The notes under the pieces were generated by a model that saw only the letters and a list, made by a program, of their open reading frames with translations, did no database searches and was not told where the DNA came from. From the NCBI RefSeq assembly GCF_902713615.1, contig NC_052162.1:130534653-130598652 (forward strand): DNA of 64,000 nt, given 5' to 3'. The DNA is from Scyliorhinus canicula (taxonomy: Eukaryota). A program made the position numbers and the translations under genes. Below are positions 23,867-36,471 of the stretch, one piece after another; within the stretch, counting starts at the first letter, position 1, and every line of letters starts with the position of its first letter.

Positions 23867-24162
23867 TGTTGTGAAACCAATGTGTTGTTGGAAAACAGAA
23901 GGTCAGGGTTACAGCCAACAGCAACTTCTGTTTATAGAACTGTAATGACTTAGACCAGGCCTTTGAGATTGGCCAATTGGAATGAGTTCCCTGATTTTGT
24001 GGGCCAATAAGGGAACCTCTTCTTTGTATATAACAGGGTGTGTCAGATCCTCTGCACTCCCAGTGTAGACAGCAAGCTGAGTGCACATGGTCATACTGCT
24101 GTTGGTTTTGTAAATAAAAGGGATTCTGGTGAAGGGACTTCTGCCTCTGTGGACTTATTACA
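23867..24162 (+). mobile_element. Short solo-LTR-like element
   Basis: TG...CA ends with CCAAT, TATA and AATAAA in LTR order. No TSD found. Confidence 0.5.
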
Positions 24163-24189
24163 ATAAACCTTTAACATCATAACTCATCC

Positions 24190-24660
24190 CTTCACAGGAA
24201 CATTGTAAAACAAAAGTGTGGCACCCAGACATATCAGGAAATATTGGGACAGGTGACCAAAAACTTGGACCAAGAGGTGAGTTTTAAAGAGCTCCAGAAA
24301 GGAGGAACGCGAGGTAGAGACGGCAGTGTGTAGGGAGGGAAATTCAGTGCTTGCGGGCTGAGGGAACTGAAAACGCACTCTCAGAGTGATGGAACAATTA
24401 TAATAGGAAACGTCCATGTGGCCAGAATCAGAGCAGCGCAGATATCTCTGAGGGTGTTGGGCTCGTAGAGTTTACAGAGGTTGAGGGACGAGGCCATCAA
24501 GAGATTTGGAAACAAGGATGAGAATTACAATACATTGCTTGATTGAGAGCCAATGTATATCAGGGAGAATGGGGTGATAGGGGAACAGGACTTTCTGCAA
24601 GTTAAAACACAGACTGCAGACTTTGGAATGACTTCAAGTTTACAGAAGGTAGAATATGGG
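24190..24660 (-). mobile_element. L2-type LINE 3' fragment
   Basis: Degenerate purine-rich antisense L2-like sequence; family call by recognition only. Confidence 0.45.
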
Positions 24661-25227
24661 AGGTAAGCTATTGTTATCTCCAGTGAAAATTTGTTAAAAA
24701 GATAAGGAAAAAATAATCTACGCTTACTTTATTTGGATTTCAGCCCAGGGAGGAGGGAGAGTGTGTGGGATGGGGATTTACAGCTTTGGGGGAACAAGAG
24801 AGGGAAAAATGTTCCAGAGAAACTAGAATTGTCTGTTCAGAATTTCTATCCTGGACTGACAGTGATGACTTTTGTAAACTCCTTTTACAGGATATTGGAA
24901 GAAAGGAGTTACAGACAGAAAACTCAGACCAAACGTCAGATCAAGGTCTGCGCGAGTCACTCATTTAATCAGGACCTGAATATTATCCTCTTTGATTGGA
25001 AGGATGGATGTTTGTTCTGTCTATGGGGAAAGATTTCAAACATCAATGTGACTGGAAAAGCACCGAGACACACACACCGAGTGAGAGTGAACTGATTGTG
25101 GGAAGAGCTGTCACCAGTTACACAGCCTGAAAAAATATTGCACCATTCACCAACGGAGAGAAACTGTTACATGTGTTCCTTGTGTGGATGAGGCTTCAAC
25201 CTGGAGAGATACAAGGACACCAATACC

Positions 25228-25734
25228 ACGGAGAAACCGTGGAAATGTGAGGTCTGTGGGAAGGGATTCAATTATCCATCCCGGCTGGAATACCATCTAC
25301 GTAGTCACACTGGGGAGAAACCGTTCAGCTGCTCTGAGTGTGGGAAGGGATTCATTCATTCATCCCATCTTTTGAGACACCAGCATGTTCACACCAAGGA
25401 GAAACCGTTCACTTGCTCCATTTGTGGAAAGGGATTTAATCAGTCAGCCAACCTCCTGACCCACCACCGAGTTCACACCAGGGAGAGGCCGTTCATCTGC
25501 TCGGTGTGTGGGAAGGGATTCACTCAGGCAGCCAGCCTCATGTTACACGAGCGCATTCACACTGAGGAGAAGCCGTTCAGCTGCACTTACTGTGGAAAGA
25601 GATTCAAGCTTTCAGGCAACCTTATTGTACACCAGCGCATTCACACTGGGGAGAAGCTGTTCACCTGCTCCGTGTGTGATAAGGGATTCACTCGCTCGTC
25701 CATTCTGCTGAGACACAAGGAAAGTCACAAGTGA
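25228..25734 (+). pseudogene. C2H2 zinc-finger gene ZNF-D, 6 fingers, family start codon changed ATG to ACG
   Basis: ACC-ACG-GAG-AAA-CCG-TGG at 25225. Frame is open to TGA 25734, with an in-frame TGA at 25189 upstream. Acceptor CTTTTACAG at 24890. Confidence 0.7.
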
Positions 25735-26344
25735 CCGCGGGGATTTGCTATTGCTGCTGTTAAGCACGTCCAGGATTGAATCATGTCCATTCTGACAGTT
25801 GGGGTTTGTTTTTGCTGATGCCAATCCACCCTGTACCTGGGCCAGAATTTAATATCCTGGATCTAGAACAGATTGCAGTTCTCGGGGCTGCAGTGTCTCT
25901 TTAAGAACCGCTGTCTGTGATCCTTCCCTGTAATTGAGGAACTCTCATCAGAAATTGGTTCAGAACAAGATTCTAAACTTTTACTTCAAGCCTAAATTGA
26001 TCTTTGGTACGAACTCTACAATTCAGCGTGTTAACATTTCTGATTAGAAAGTGCTGATTAATCCTTGCTGTCAATTCTTACTGACTTGCACGTGGCACAA
26101 AGTGGCACCTCCATTATCCAACAGAGAGAAGGGGAATTGGTGGAAATTTGAGAGTCCCCAAATGTTATTCCTTCTGGCTGGTACAGAAATCCCCCGGCAC
26201 AAGAATTTGATCCAAGGACCCATGTGATGACCCCGGGGTCTCCCGTCATTCACCGACCACGTTGCACAGCGGGCATTTCGTGCGCAGCGTGGCCGGTAGA
26301 TCGCGCCCCCCAGTGTGAGATTTCGGAGTCCGTTGGGACGGTCA

Positions 26345-27290
26345 AGAGAAGTGATGTTGAAGTCAGATGTGAAATATTCGTTCAACACCTACCAGTGAGC
26401 TCTGGCTCCACCCCAGATTTCCCCCATGTTCCTTAATGGGCCTTACTCTTCCCATTGATATACTTATAGAATATCTTGGGATTTTCCCTACTTTTACCAG
26501 AGAGAGCTTTCTCATACCCTCTCTTTGCTCTCCTAATTGATTTCTTAAGCTCCATCCTGCACTTTCTGTAGTCCACTAATGCCAATGCAGACTTGCTCCC
26601 CTTATACTTGTTAAAAGACTCTCTTTTCCTTCTCATCGTATCCTGAATGTCTGGTCACCATGGTTCTCTGGGTTTGTTACGCCTTCCTGTTACCCTAAAG
26701 GGCACATATTGGGCCTATACCCTCCCCATTTCATCTTTGAAACCCCCCCCCCCTTCCACTGCTCTTCTGTAGGTTTCCCCACAAGTAACTCTTTCCAGTC
26801 TACCTTGGCCAGATCCTGCCTTATTTTGTTAAAATCTACTCTCTCCTGATCCAAAACCTTTTTTTGCAACTTGTCTATTTCTTTGTCCATAACAGATTTA
26901 AATTGAACCGTGTTGTGGCCACTATCACTAAAATGCTCCCCCACCAACACATCAACTACCTATCCGCTTCATTCCCTAGAATAGGTCCAGCACTGCACCA
27001 CCCCTTGTTGAATCCTCTACATATTGAGCTAAAATGTTCTCCTCCATACATTTTAAGAACTACTCCATCTAAGCCCTTAAAATGATGGCCATCCCAATTA
27101 ATTTGGGGGAAGTTGAAATTACCTCACATAATTAGGCTCATTATTTTTAAGCTCCTCCACAAATTGTGCACATATTTGCTCCTCAATTCCCCGCTGCTTA
27201 TCTGGGTGTCGATAATAAACAACTAGCAATGTAGCTGTCCCTTTTTTATTCCTAAATTCTACCCACAAAGCTTCATTTGATGCCCCATCC
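26345..27290 (-). mobile_element. CR1 LINE ORF2 fragment (endonuclease/linker)
   Basis: Peptides EALWVEFRNKKG..LLVVYYR, VGEHFSDSGHNTVQF, SRENPKIFYKYINGK. Confidence 0.8.
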
Positions 27291-27296
27291 AAGATA

Positions 27297-27762
27297 CCTG
27301 GAGTATTGTGTTCAGTTTTGGTCTCCCTACCTGAGAAAGGACGTACTGGCACTGGAGGGTGTGCAGAGGAGATTCACTAGGTTAATCCCAGAGCTGAAGG
27401 GTTTGGATTATGAGGAGAGGTTGAGTAGACTGGGACTGTACTCGTTGGAATTTAGAAGGATGAGGGGGGGATCTTATAGAAACGTATAAAATTAAGAAGG
27501 GAATAGATTGGATAGATGCGGGCAGGTTGTTTCCACTGGTGGGTGAAAGCAGAACTAGGGGACATAGCCTCAAAATAAGGGGAAGTGGATTTAGGACTGA
27601 GTTTAGGAGGAACTTCTTCACCCAAAGGGTTGTGAGTCTATGGAATTCCTTGTCCAGTGAAGCAGTTGAGGCTCCTTCATTAAATGTTTTTAAGGTAAAG
27701 ATAGATAGTTTTTTGAAGAATAAAGGGATTAAGGGTTATGGTGTCCGGGCCGGAAAGTGGAG
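27297..27762 (+). mobile_element. Young CR1 (HER1-like) 3' fragment
   Basis: LEYCVQFWSPYLRKDVLALEGVQRRFTRLIP...RTRGHSLKIRG. Confidence 0.88.
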
Positions 27763-28272
27763 CGGAGACATGGCTGCAGGGTGACCAGGGATGGGAATTG
27801 GACATCCAGGGTTATTCAGGAAGGACAGACAAAAAACGAAAAGGCAGTGGAGTTGCATTACTGGTTAAAGACAAATTTAACGTAATTCTGAGGAAAGAAT
27901 GGTAGAGCTGAGAAACACCACCAGCAAAAATTTGTAGTGGGGGTTGTATAGCGAGGGTTCCTGTACCAGATCTTCCCGAACAGGCGCCGGAATGTGGCGA
28001 CTAGGGGCTTTTCACAGTACCTTCATTGAAGCCTACTTGTGACAATAAGCAATTATTATTATTATTATATAGACCCCCAAACTATAATATTGATATTGGG
28101 AATGGCATTAAACAGGAAATTCGAGATGCATGCGATAAAGGGACACCTGTACTTGTGGGTGATTTTAATCTGCATATACATTGGACAAATCATAGCAGTA
28201 ACAGTACGATAGAGGAGGAATTCCTGGAGTGTGCATGTGATGGTTTTCTGAACCAATTCATTGAGGAACCAA

Positions 28273-28920
28273 GGGCGCGATTCTCCGCAAATCCGGCGTG
28301 CCGTGAAGGCTGGCGTGAAACTGGCCGTGTTTCACGCCAGCCTCGAAGCTCCGTCCCGGGACCCGATTCTCCCCCCCGGGCGGGGCTAGTATCGGGGCCG
28401 GGGGAATCACGGGGGCGACGCGCACGATGATGTCAGCCGCGCATGCGCGGGATGGACGGCTCCAACCCACGCATGCGCGGATGACGTCATCACGCAGACG
28501 TGTCAAACCCGCGCATGTGCGGGCCGTTATGCCCCTCAGCCGACCCGCGGACTGATCCTGTGGGGCGGCTGAAGAACAAATAGTGCGCGGGTGCCTACCG
28601 ATCGCAGGCTCATGCCACCCTTGGCACGGCCGTGGTGCGGCCGTGTCAATCGGTGCCATGGTTGTCCGGGACGGGCACTTTGCGGCTGTTTTCACGAACA
28701 CTGAAAGCAGGTGTGATCGTGGCCGTGAAAACGGATGTAAACTCTGCGGTATTCGGCCCATCGGCCTGCGGAGAATCGCTGTTCGTCGTAAAAATGGCGA
28801 GCAGCGATTCGTGTCGGGGGGCGGCCGGAGGGGGAGGAGAATAGCGGGAGGCTGTGAAAATTGTCGGGAAGGCCCTCCCGCTATTCTCCGACCCGTCGTG
28901 GGCAGCGGCGAATCGCGCCC
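28273..28920. mobile_element. GC-rich MITE with TIR GGGCGCGATTC (PIF/Harbinger-ISL2EU-like, non-autonomous)
   Basis: GGGCGCGATTCTCCGC...GCGGCGAATCGCGCCC. Inverted homolog at 43515-44253. Confidence 0.8.
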
Positions 28921-31108
28921 CAACTTTTTTCCCCAGGGCCCACCTTTGCTAACCGGCCAACCTTCAGGACCCACGCGAGCCAACCTTCACAACCTATGCC
29001 GACCAACCTTTGCAACGCACGCCACGTTCACTTACCTTTAATGTGAAAGTGGAGCTTGCTTGGTCCTCACAATCTCATTTAAATCAGATTCAAAGGAGGA
29101 GAGGGCAACGGGCATATCAGGTGCAGGCTCAGCCAGTTCCTTTGTGCCGTCTTCACCTTTATGAAAATACAACCTCGCACATGTAGGTCATCATGAAGGG
29201 CAATAGCGGCAAAATGCATGTTTTACTCAGCCCTGATTACTCCTGGTAGATTGTGCACCAGAATGCTGACGGCCTCATGGGCCTTTGGTGTGTTTTCAAT
29301 GTAGTATTACAGGTCAGCTACACCAGCATAGTTTTTTAATTTGAAGTCAGCTCTAAGTTAATAAAGGTACAGTCACCAAAGTCCCAGATGACTATAGGCT
29401 GCTTTCCCCTTTGAGAGGGAGAGCTAACAGGTGCCGATTTAACTTTAGGATCACCACACCTCAGAGGAGTGGCAAGGTTGAGAAGGCAGAGCCTTAATGG
29501 ATAGCCTCAGCCGGTACATAGAACATATAGAACATACAGTGCAGAAGGAGGCCATTCGGCCCCTCGAGTCTGCACCGACCCACTTAAGCCCTCACTTCCC
29601 CCCCTATCCCCGTAACCCAATAACCCCATCTAACCTTTTTGGTCACTAAGGGCAATTTAGCATGGCCAATCCACCTAACCTGCACGTCTTTGGACTGTGG
29701 GAGGAAACCGGAGCACCCGGAGGAAACCCATGCAGACAGGGGGAGAACATGCAGACTCTGCACAGACAGTGACCCAAGCCGGGAATCAAACCTGGAACCC
29801 TGGCTCTGTGAAGCCACAGTGCTGTCCACTTGTGCTACCGTGCCGCCCGGGAATTGAACCTACGCTGTTGGCCTTGCTTTGCATCACGAAGCAGCTGTCT
29901 AGCCAACTGAGCTAATAACTGACTCTGGGGTCTCAACCTCAAAAGGACTTTGGTTGCTTTGTTCCTGAGTTACATTTCTTCTTTGTAGGCTGTTAACCAA
30001 AGGCTCTGGATCTCTATACAGAGCCAACACTGATAATAATAATAACCTTTTATTGTCACAAGTATGAAGTTACTGTCAAAAGCCCCTAGTCGCCACATTC
30101 CGGCGTCTGTTCGGGAAGCTTGTACGGGAATTGAACCCACGCTGCTGGCCTTGTTCTGCATCACAAACCAGCTGCCTAACTCACGGAGCTAAACCAGCCC
30201 ATAGCACTGCTCTATCCTGCCCTGGACTCTGCTGAGTAGCTCTCTCCAGTAGTTACTGTTGCGAGTCCGATAGGTAAACTGCTTATTTGAGTCTTTGGCC
30301 CTCTCTTACTTTTCAGAAAGGCATTCTTCATCACAGTTCACTTACCTTGCTTTCCAGCAGCTGGAAAATGGAAGCAACACTGCTGCATGATTTGGCACCA
30401 AAAGCACGTACCTGAAGGGTGCTTGATGTCACGTGTACGAGCAGGATGCATGACATGCTCTTGTGCTCCCACTTCTGGCGGGAAGACTGCACATCCTCAT
30501 TTATTTCCATTTAAAAAGCAGCAGCGGGATGAAATGAAAATGAAAATCGCTTATTGTCACAAGTAGGCTTCAAATGAAGTTACTGTGAAATGCCCCTAGT
30601 CGCCACATTCCGGCACCTGTTCGGGGAGGCTGGTACGGGAATTGAAACGCGCTGCTGGCCTGCCTTGGTCTGCTTTCAAAGCCAGCGATTTAGCCCTGTT
30701 CTAAACCAGCCCCTTGGCACGGCGGCACAGTGGTTAGCACTGCTGCTTGTGGCACTGAGGTCCCAGGTTCGATCCTGGACCCGGGTCACTGTCCGTGTGG
30801 AGTTTGCACATTCTCCCCGTGTCTGCATGGGTCTCAACCCCACAACCCAAAGATCTGCAGGTTAGGTGGATTGGACACGCTAAATTGCCCCTTCATTGGA
30901 AAAAAAATAATTGGGTACTCGAAATGTATTAAAAAATTAATTAAGTGGCAGCAGCCGCCATTCTCGATGTAAAAGCCGGTAGCAGCTGTTGGGCATGTCC
31001 CCCGCTATTGGGACCACCGCAGGAACAGTGTGACCGATCGCTCTGCAACCCTCCTAACACCCACCCACGACCAACCCGAGGGACACGGCCCTTATTTTGA
31101 GAACCCTG
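28921..31108. mobile_element. hAT-like non-autonomous DNA transposon carrying nested SINEs
   Basis: Right end TTTTGAGAACCCTG; left remnant CAACTTTTTTCCCCAGGGCCC. CR1 sequence rejoins across the block. Confidence 0.5.
29362..30935. mobile_element. SINE cluster: H2-T1 (29362-29915,-) split by V-SINE (29518-29849,-); H2-T2 (30033-30200,-; 30529-30712,-); short V-SINE (30716-30935,+)
   Basis: H2 head GGGCTGGTTTAG...GTTCAATTCCCGTAC; tails match 47411-47640 and 17977-18100. Confidence 0.75.
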
Positions 31109-34100
31109 AACTGGGGAACATCGTTGACTGGGTATTGTGCAATGCAAAATGAATAATTGCCGATTTAATTGTGCGAGAACCCTTGGCAATGAGCGAACAT
31201 AATATGTTTGAATTATTTATCAAGTTGATGAGTGACGTAGTTGATTCTGAGACTCGCTTCCCAAATCTAAATAAAGGAAACTACGATGATACGAGTCACA
31301 AGTTGGCTATGATGGATTGGGAAACATTATTTGAAGGGACACCGACACCGGCAATGGCAAACATTGAAGGAGCACTGGGGTAAACTACGGCAATTGTTTA
31401 TTCCTGTCTGACGCAAAACTAAAACTGAAAACGTGGCCAATCCATGGCGTACTTGAGAATTTAGAGATGGTATTAGATTCGGGGAAGAAACATCTCCATT
31501 CGCCAGAAAACATCACAGCCATGAGAATTGGGAGCATTTCAGCAAAGGAGTACCCAGGAATTGATTAAGAAGGGGAAAAGAGAGGGCAGCACGGTGGCTC
31601 AGTGGTTAGCACTGGGACTATGATGCTGAAGACCCAGGTTTGAATCCCGGCCCTGGGTCACGGTCCGTGTGGAGTTAGCACATTCTCCCCGTGTTTACGT
31701 GGGTTTTAACCCCACATCCCAAAGATGTGCAGGGGAGGTGGATTGGTCACTAAATTGCCCCTTAACTGGAAAAAAACATAATTGAGTACTCTAAATTTAT
31801 AACAACAAAATAATTTTTTTTTAAAGAGGAAAATAGAGTACAAAAGTAAGCTTGCGGGCAATATAACAACTCCCTAGAAGTATCTATAGGTATGTGAAGA
31901 GAAAAGGATTGGTGAAGACAGTCAGAAACTGGGGAATTTATAATGGGGAACAAAGAAATGGTTCACCAATTAAATACATACTTTGGTTCTGTCTTCATAA
32001 AGAAGGACACAGATGACAGACCAGAAATGTTGGGGAACACAGAGTTAAGTGAGAGGGAGGAACTGAAGGGGATCAATATTGGTAGAGAAATGGTGTTGGG
32101 GAAAGTGATGGGATTGAAGGCTCTGAAATCCCCAGGCCTGCTAATCTGCATCCCAAAGTACTTAAAGAACTGGCCTTAGAAATAGTGGATGTATTGGTGG
32201 TCATCTTCTAGGATTCTATAAACTCTGTTCCTGCAGATTGGAGGGTAGATAATGTAACCCCACTATTTATAAGGGGGGGGGGGGGTGGAGGTTAGAGATA
32301 GACCAGTCAGCCTGGCGTCGGTAGTGGGGAAAATTCTAGAATCCATTAGGGGGGAAATTCTAGAATCCATTATCAAAGATTTTATAGCAGAGAACTTAGA
32401 AATCGTGGCGGGATTGGATAGAGTCAGCATGGATTTATCAAAGGCAAATCATGTTTGATAAATGATTGGAATTCTTCAAGTAAAGTTGATGAGGGGGGAG
32501 CCAGTAGGTGTGGTTTACTTGGAGTTTCAGAAGGCTTAAGACCCACATAAGAGATTAGCGTGTAAGATTAAAACGGATGGAATTGGGGGTAGTGCATTGA
32601 GATGGATAGAAAACTGGTTGGCAGACAGGAAACAAAGGGTAAGAATAAACAGGTCTTCTTCCAAATAGATTAGGAATAAATGCATCATTTTTCTAATTGG
32701 GTACCGCAGGGATCGGTGCTAGGACCTCAGCTATTCACAAGAAATATTCATGATTTCAATTTGGGAACTAAATGTAATATCTCTAAATTTGCAGATGACA
32801 CAAAGCTGGGTGGGCGGAGGGGGGGGGTGGGGTTGGTGGTGAGCCTTGAGGAGGATGCAGAGATGCTTCAGTGTGATTTGGACAGGCTGAGTGAGTGGGC
32901 AAATGCACGGCAGATGCAGCATATTGTGGATAAATGTGAAGTTATCCACTTTGGTGGCAAAGACAAGAAGGTAGATTATTATCTGAATGGCTATAAATTA
33001 AGAGAAGAATATGCAACGAGACCTGGTGTCCTCGAACACCTGCAGCTAAGCATGCAGGTACGACAGGTGATAAAGAAGGCAAATGGTATTCTGGCCTTTA
33101 CAGTGAGAGGAGTCGAGGATTGGAGCAGGGACGCCTACTTCTACAGGACCTTGGTGAGGCCACATCTGGAATATTGTGTGCCGTTTGATCTCCTCATCTG
33201 AGGAAGGATGTTCCTGCTCTCCAAACTGATTCCTGGGATAGCAGGACTAATGTATGAGGAGATATTTAGTCGCCTTGAATTATATTCGCTGGAGTTCAGA
33301 ATAATGATTGGCACATCTCAGAGAAACCTATAAATTCTAACAAGACTAGACTCTGGATCTGTACTCAATGGTGTTTAGAAGGATGAGGGGAGACCTTATT
33401 GAAACTAGATAGAGTGGGCGTGAAGAAGATGTCTCCATGAGTAGGAGAGAGAAGAACCCAATGGCACAGCCTCAGACTGAAGGGACGATCCTTGAAAACT
33501 CAGATATTGAGGAATTTCTTCAACCAGAGGGTGGTGAGTATGTGGAACTCATTGCTGAAGAAGGCTGTGTGTCTTCAAGACAAAGGTAGATAGGTTCTTG
33601 ATTAATAAGTGGATCAGGGATTACGAGGAGAATACAGGAGATTGGGGATGAGAAACATATCAGCCATGATCGAATGGCGGAGATGACCCAATGGGTAAAT
33701 GGCCTAATTCTGCCCCTATATCTTATGTTCTTAGACATGGTCAGTGCAGGAAGGATGTTGCCAATGGTGGGAGAGTCCAGAACCAAGGGTCACAGTCTAA
33801 GGATACAGAGTAGACCATTTAGGACAGATGAGGAGAAATTTCTTCACCCAGAGTACTGCACGCCTGTGGAATTCGCTACCACAGGAAGCAGTTGAGGCTA
33901 AAACATTGTGTGTGTTCAAGAAGGAGTTAGATGTAGCTCTTGCGGGTTAAGGGGATCCAAGGCTATGGGTGGAAGACGGGAATGGGTTACTGAGTTGGAT
34001 GATCAGCCATGATTGTAATGGATGGCAGAGCAGGCTCGAAGGGCTGAATGGCCTCCTCCTGCTCCTTTTTTCCATGTTTGGTTCATTGATGTCCTTTCTC

Positions 34101-34879
34101 AAAGGAAATCTACCATCTTTTCCTGGCTTGGCCCACATGTGGGTGACTCTTAAATGCCTGAGCAACTCATTTCAATAAATGCTGGTCCAGTGAGCGATGA
34201 CCACATTCCATGAGTCAATTTTTTAAGAAGTCCGCCAGAGGGAGCGGGACCAGATTTCTTTGTGTGTCAGGCACAAAACACACTTCCAGAAGAGACCTGG
34301 CCAACTAATGGGCAGCCGAATGCGCTGCCGGGGAGGGTGGGTACTGAGGGTGAGGGCTGGCGCTTCACATGTGCTCCCTCAGGGAGAACAACCGCTGCAG
34401 AGCTTTCGCAAGGAGCTGCTGACCTGTGAAAAATAAATAGCGATAGGGTAACTATTCAGTGTGTTTATAAGCAGCATATTCAAACACAATTGCAAACACT
34501 TCCAGGCAGCCACCCATCCGAGCAACATAAAACTCTGACCTCTTATCACCGAAGCACAAGATAAAACCATTTGTATTCAGGCTTCCTCCAGGTAAAGGCC
34601 AATAATACGTCATCTTTCAAGTTATTTTTCTGTCTGTTAAGTAGGTTTGAATCCTGACATTTTTCTGCTCAACCACTCCAAGCTTCCCACCATTCAGAAT
34701 GGAGTTCTGTCTCCTAACTTTTGGTCCAATAACTTAACCTGTCACAATGCCCCTTTGTAACTTTCTTCAATCTTCTGACCCCATCTAGATTATTTATCTC
34801 ACCACCTCTTGGTGTCATCGGCAAACCTAACTCTATGGCTTGTTTAGTCTTTCACCCAACTTGTTAATAAATAGTCATG

Positions 34880-36097
34880 AGGCACATCATCTCCACACTC
34901 CCAGAATGCCTAGATCCACTGCAATTCGCAAAGCGCCACAACCAGTTCACAGCAGATGCCATCTCCCAGGCCCTACACTCATCCCTGGAGCCTTCCACAC
35001 CATAATCCCAGCCAATCTCATACCAAAGTTTCAAAACCTAGGACTTGGTGCCTCACTCTGCAACTGGATCCTCGACTTTCTGAGCCATAGACCACAATCA
35101 GTAAGGATAAACAACAACACCTCCTCCACAATGGTCCTCAATAACAGGGCCCCGCAAGGCTGCGTACTTAGTCCCCTACTATACTCCCTGTACACACGCA
35201 CATGACTGTGTGGAAAATTTGACTCCAACTCCATCTACAAGTTTGTTGACAACACAACCGTAGTGGGTCGGATCTCGAATTCCCTCCTGAGGACGGAGAT
35301 AGAGGACCTAGTGGAGTGGTGTAATGACAATAATCTCTCCCTCAATACCAGCAAAACTAAAGAGCTGGTCATTGACTTCAGGAAGCAAAGTATCGTGCAC
35401 ACCCCTGTCTTCATCAATGGGGCCGAGGTGGAGATGGTTGACAGCTTCAAATTCTTAGGTGTGCATTTCACCAAAAATCTGTCCTGCCCCACCCACGATG
35501 CCTCCACCACCAGGAAAGCACAACAGCGCCTATACTGCCTCAGGAAACTATGGAAATTCGGCATGTTCACATTGACTCTTACCAACTTTTACAGATGCAC
35601 CATAGAAAGCATCCTATCTGGCTGCATCACAGCCTGGTATGGCAATTGCTTGCCCCAGGACCGCAAGAAACTTCAGAGAGTCGTGAACACCGCCCAGTCC
35701 ATCACACGAACCTGCCTCCCATCCATTGACTCCATCTACACCTCCCGCTGCCTGGGGAAAGCGGGCAGCATAATCAAAGACCCCTCCGACCCAGCTTACT
35801 CGCTCTTCCAACTTCTTCCATCGGGCAGGAGATACAAAAGTCTAACGCACTAACAAATTCAAAAATTTCCCCGCTGTTACCAGACTCCTAGATGACCCTC
35901 TTATGGACTGATCTGATTAATACTACACTCCTGTCTGCTTCACCCGATGCCCGTGTCTATGTATTTACATTGTGTACTTGTGTTGCCCTATTACATATTT
36001 TCTTTTCATGTACTAAATTATCTGTTTGCGCTGTGCGCAGAAAAATACTTTTCACTGTACCTCAGTACACGTGACAATAAATAAATCCAATCCAATC
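34880..36097 (+). mobile_element. Rex1/Babar-type LINE, 5'-truncated RT and 3' end
   Basis: [63 protein letters not shown]; ends AATAAA and (TCCAA)n. Confidence 0.85.
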
Positions 36098-36378
36098 TGA
36101 GACCCCAGTACAGATCCCTCGCCGAAGGTTGGGGTGAGGGTGTCTGAGACCCCAGTACAGATCCCTGGCTGAAGGCTGGGCAGAGGGTGTCTGAGACCCC
36201 AGTACAGATCCCTGGCTGAAGACTGGGGTGAGGGTGTTTGAGACCCCAGTCCAGATCCCTGGCTGAAGGCTAGGGTGAGGGTGTCTGAGTCCCCAGTACA
36301 GATCCCTGGCTGAAGGCTGGGGTGAGGGTGTCTGAGACCCCAGTACAGATCCCTGGCTGAAGGCTGGGATGAGGGGGC
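36098..36378. repeat. Tandem repeat, 47-bp unit, 6 copies
   Basis: TGAGACCCCAGTACAGATCCCTGGCTGAAGGCTGGGGTGAGGGTGTC repeated. Confidence 0.95.
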
Positions 36379-36471
36379 TCCGTTAGTCACATTCTGCTCT
36401 CCATTGGTAACTATTATCCCGGCCTATTGCCTCCTTCCTCTTATTTAGTTATTGTTGAACTTCGCTGACAG

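Larger units (their letters stand above)
27763..34075 (+). mobile_element. Fragmented CR1 LINE ORF2 with nested insertions
   Basis: Endonuclease YRPPN and VLVGDFN (28070-28170); resumes at 31109; RT motifs VPQGSVLGP and KFADDTKL (32700-32810); CR1 tails at ~33720 and ~34070. Confidence 0.85.

Noticed and set aside
28258-28983. 241-aa ORF as a transposase
   Set aside because: Lies in a GC-rich MITE, has no DDE motifs, and the frame is not preserved as one ORF in the second copy.
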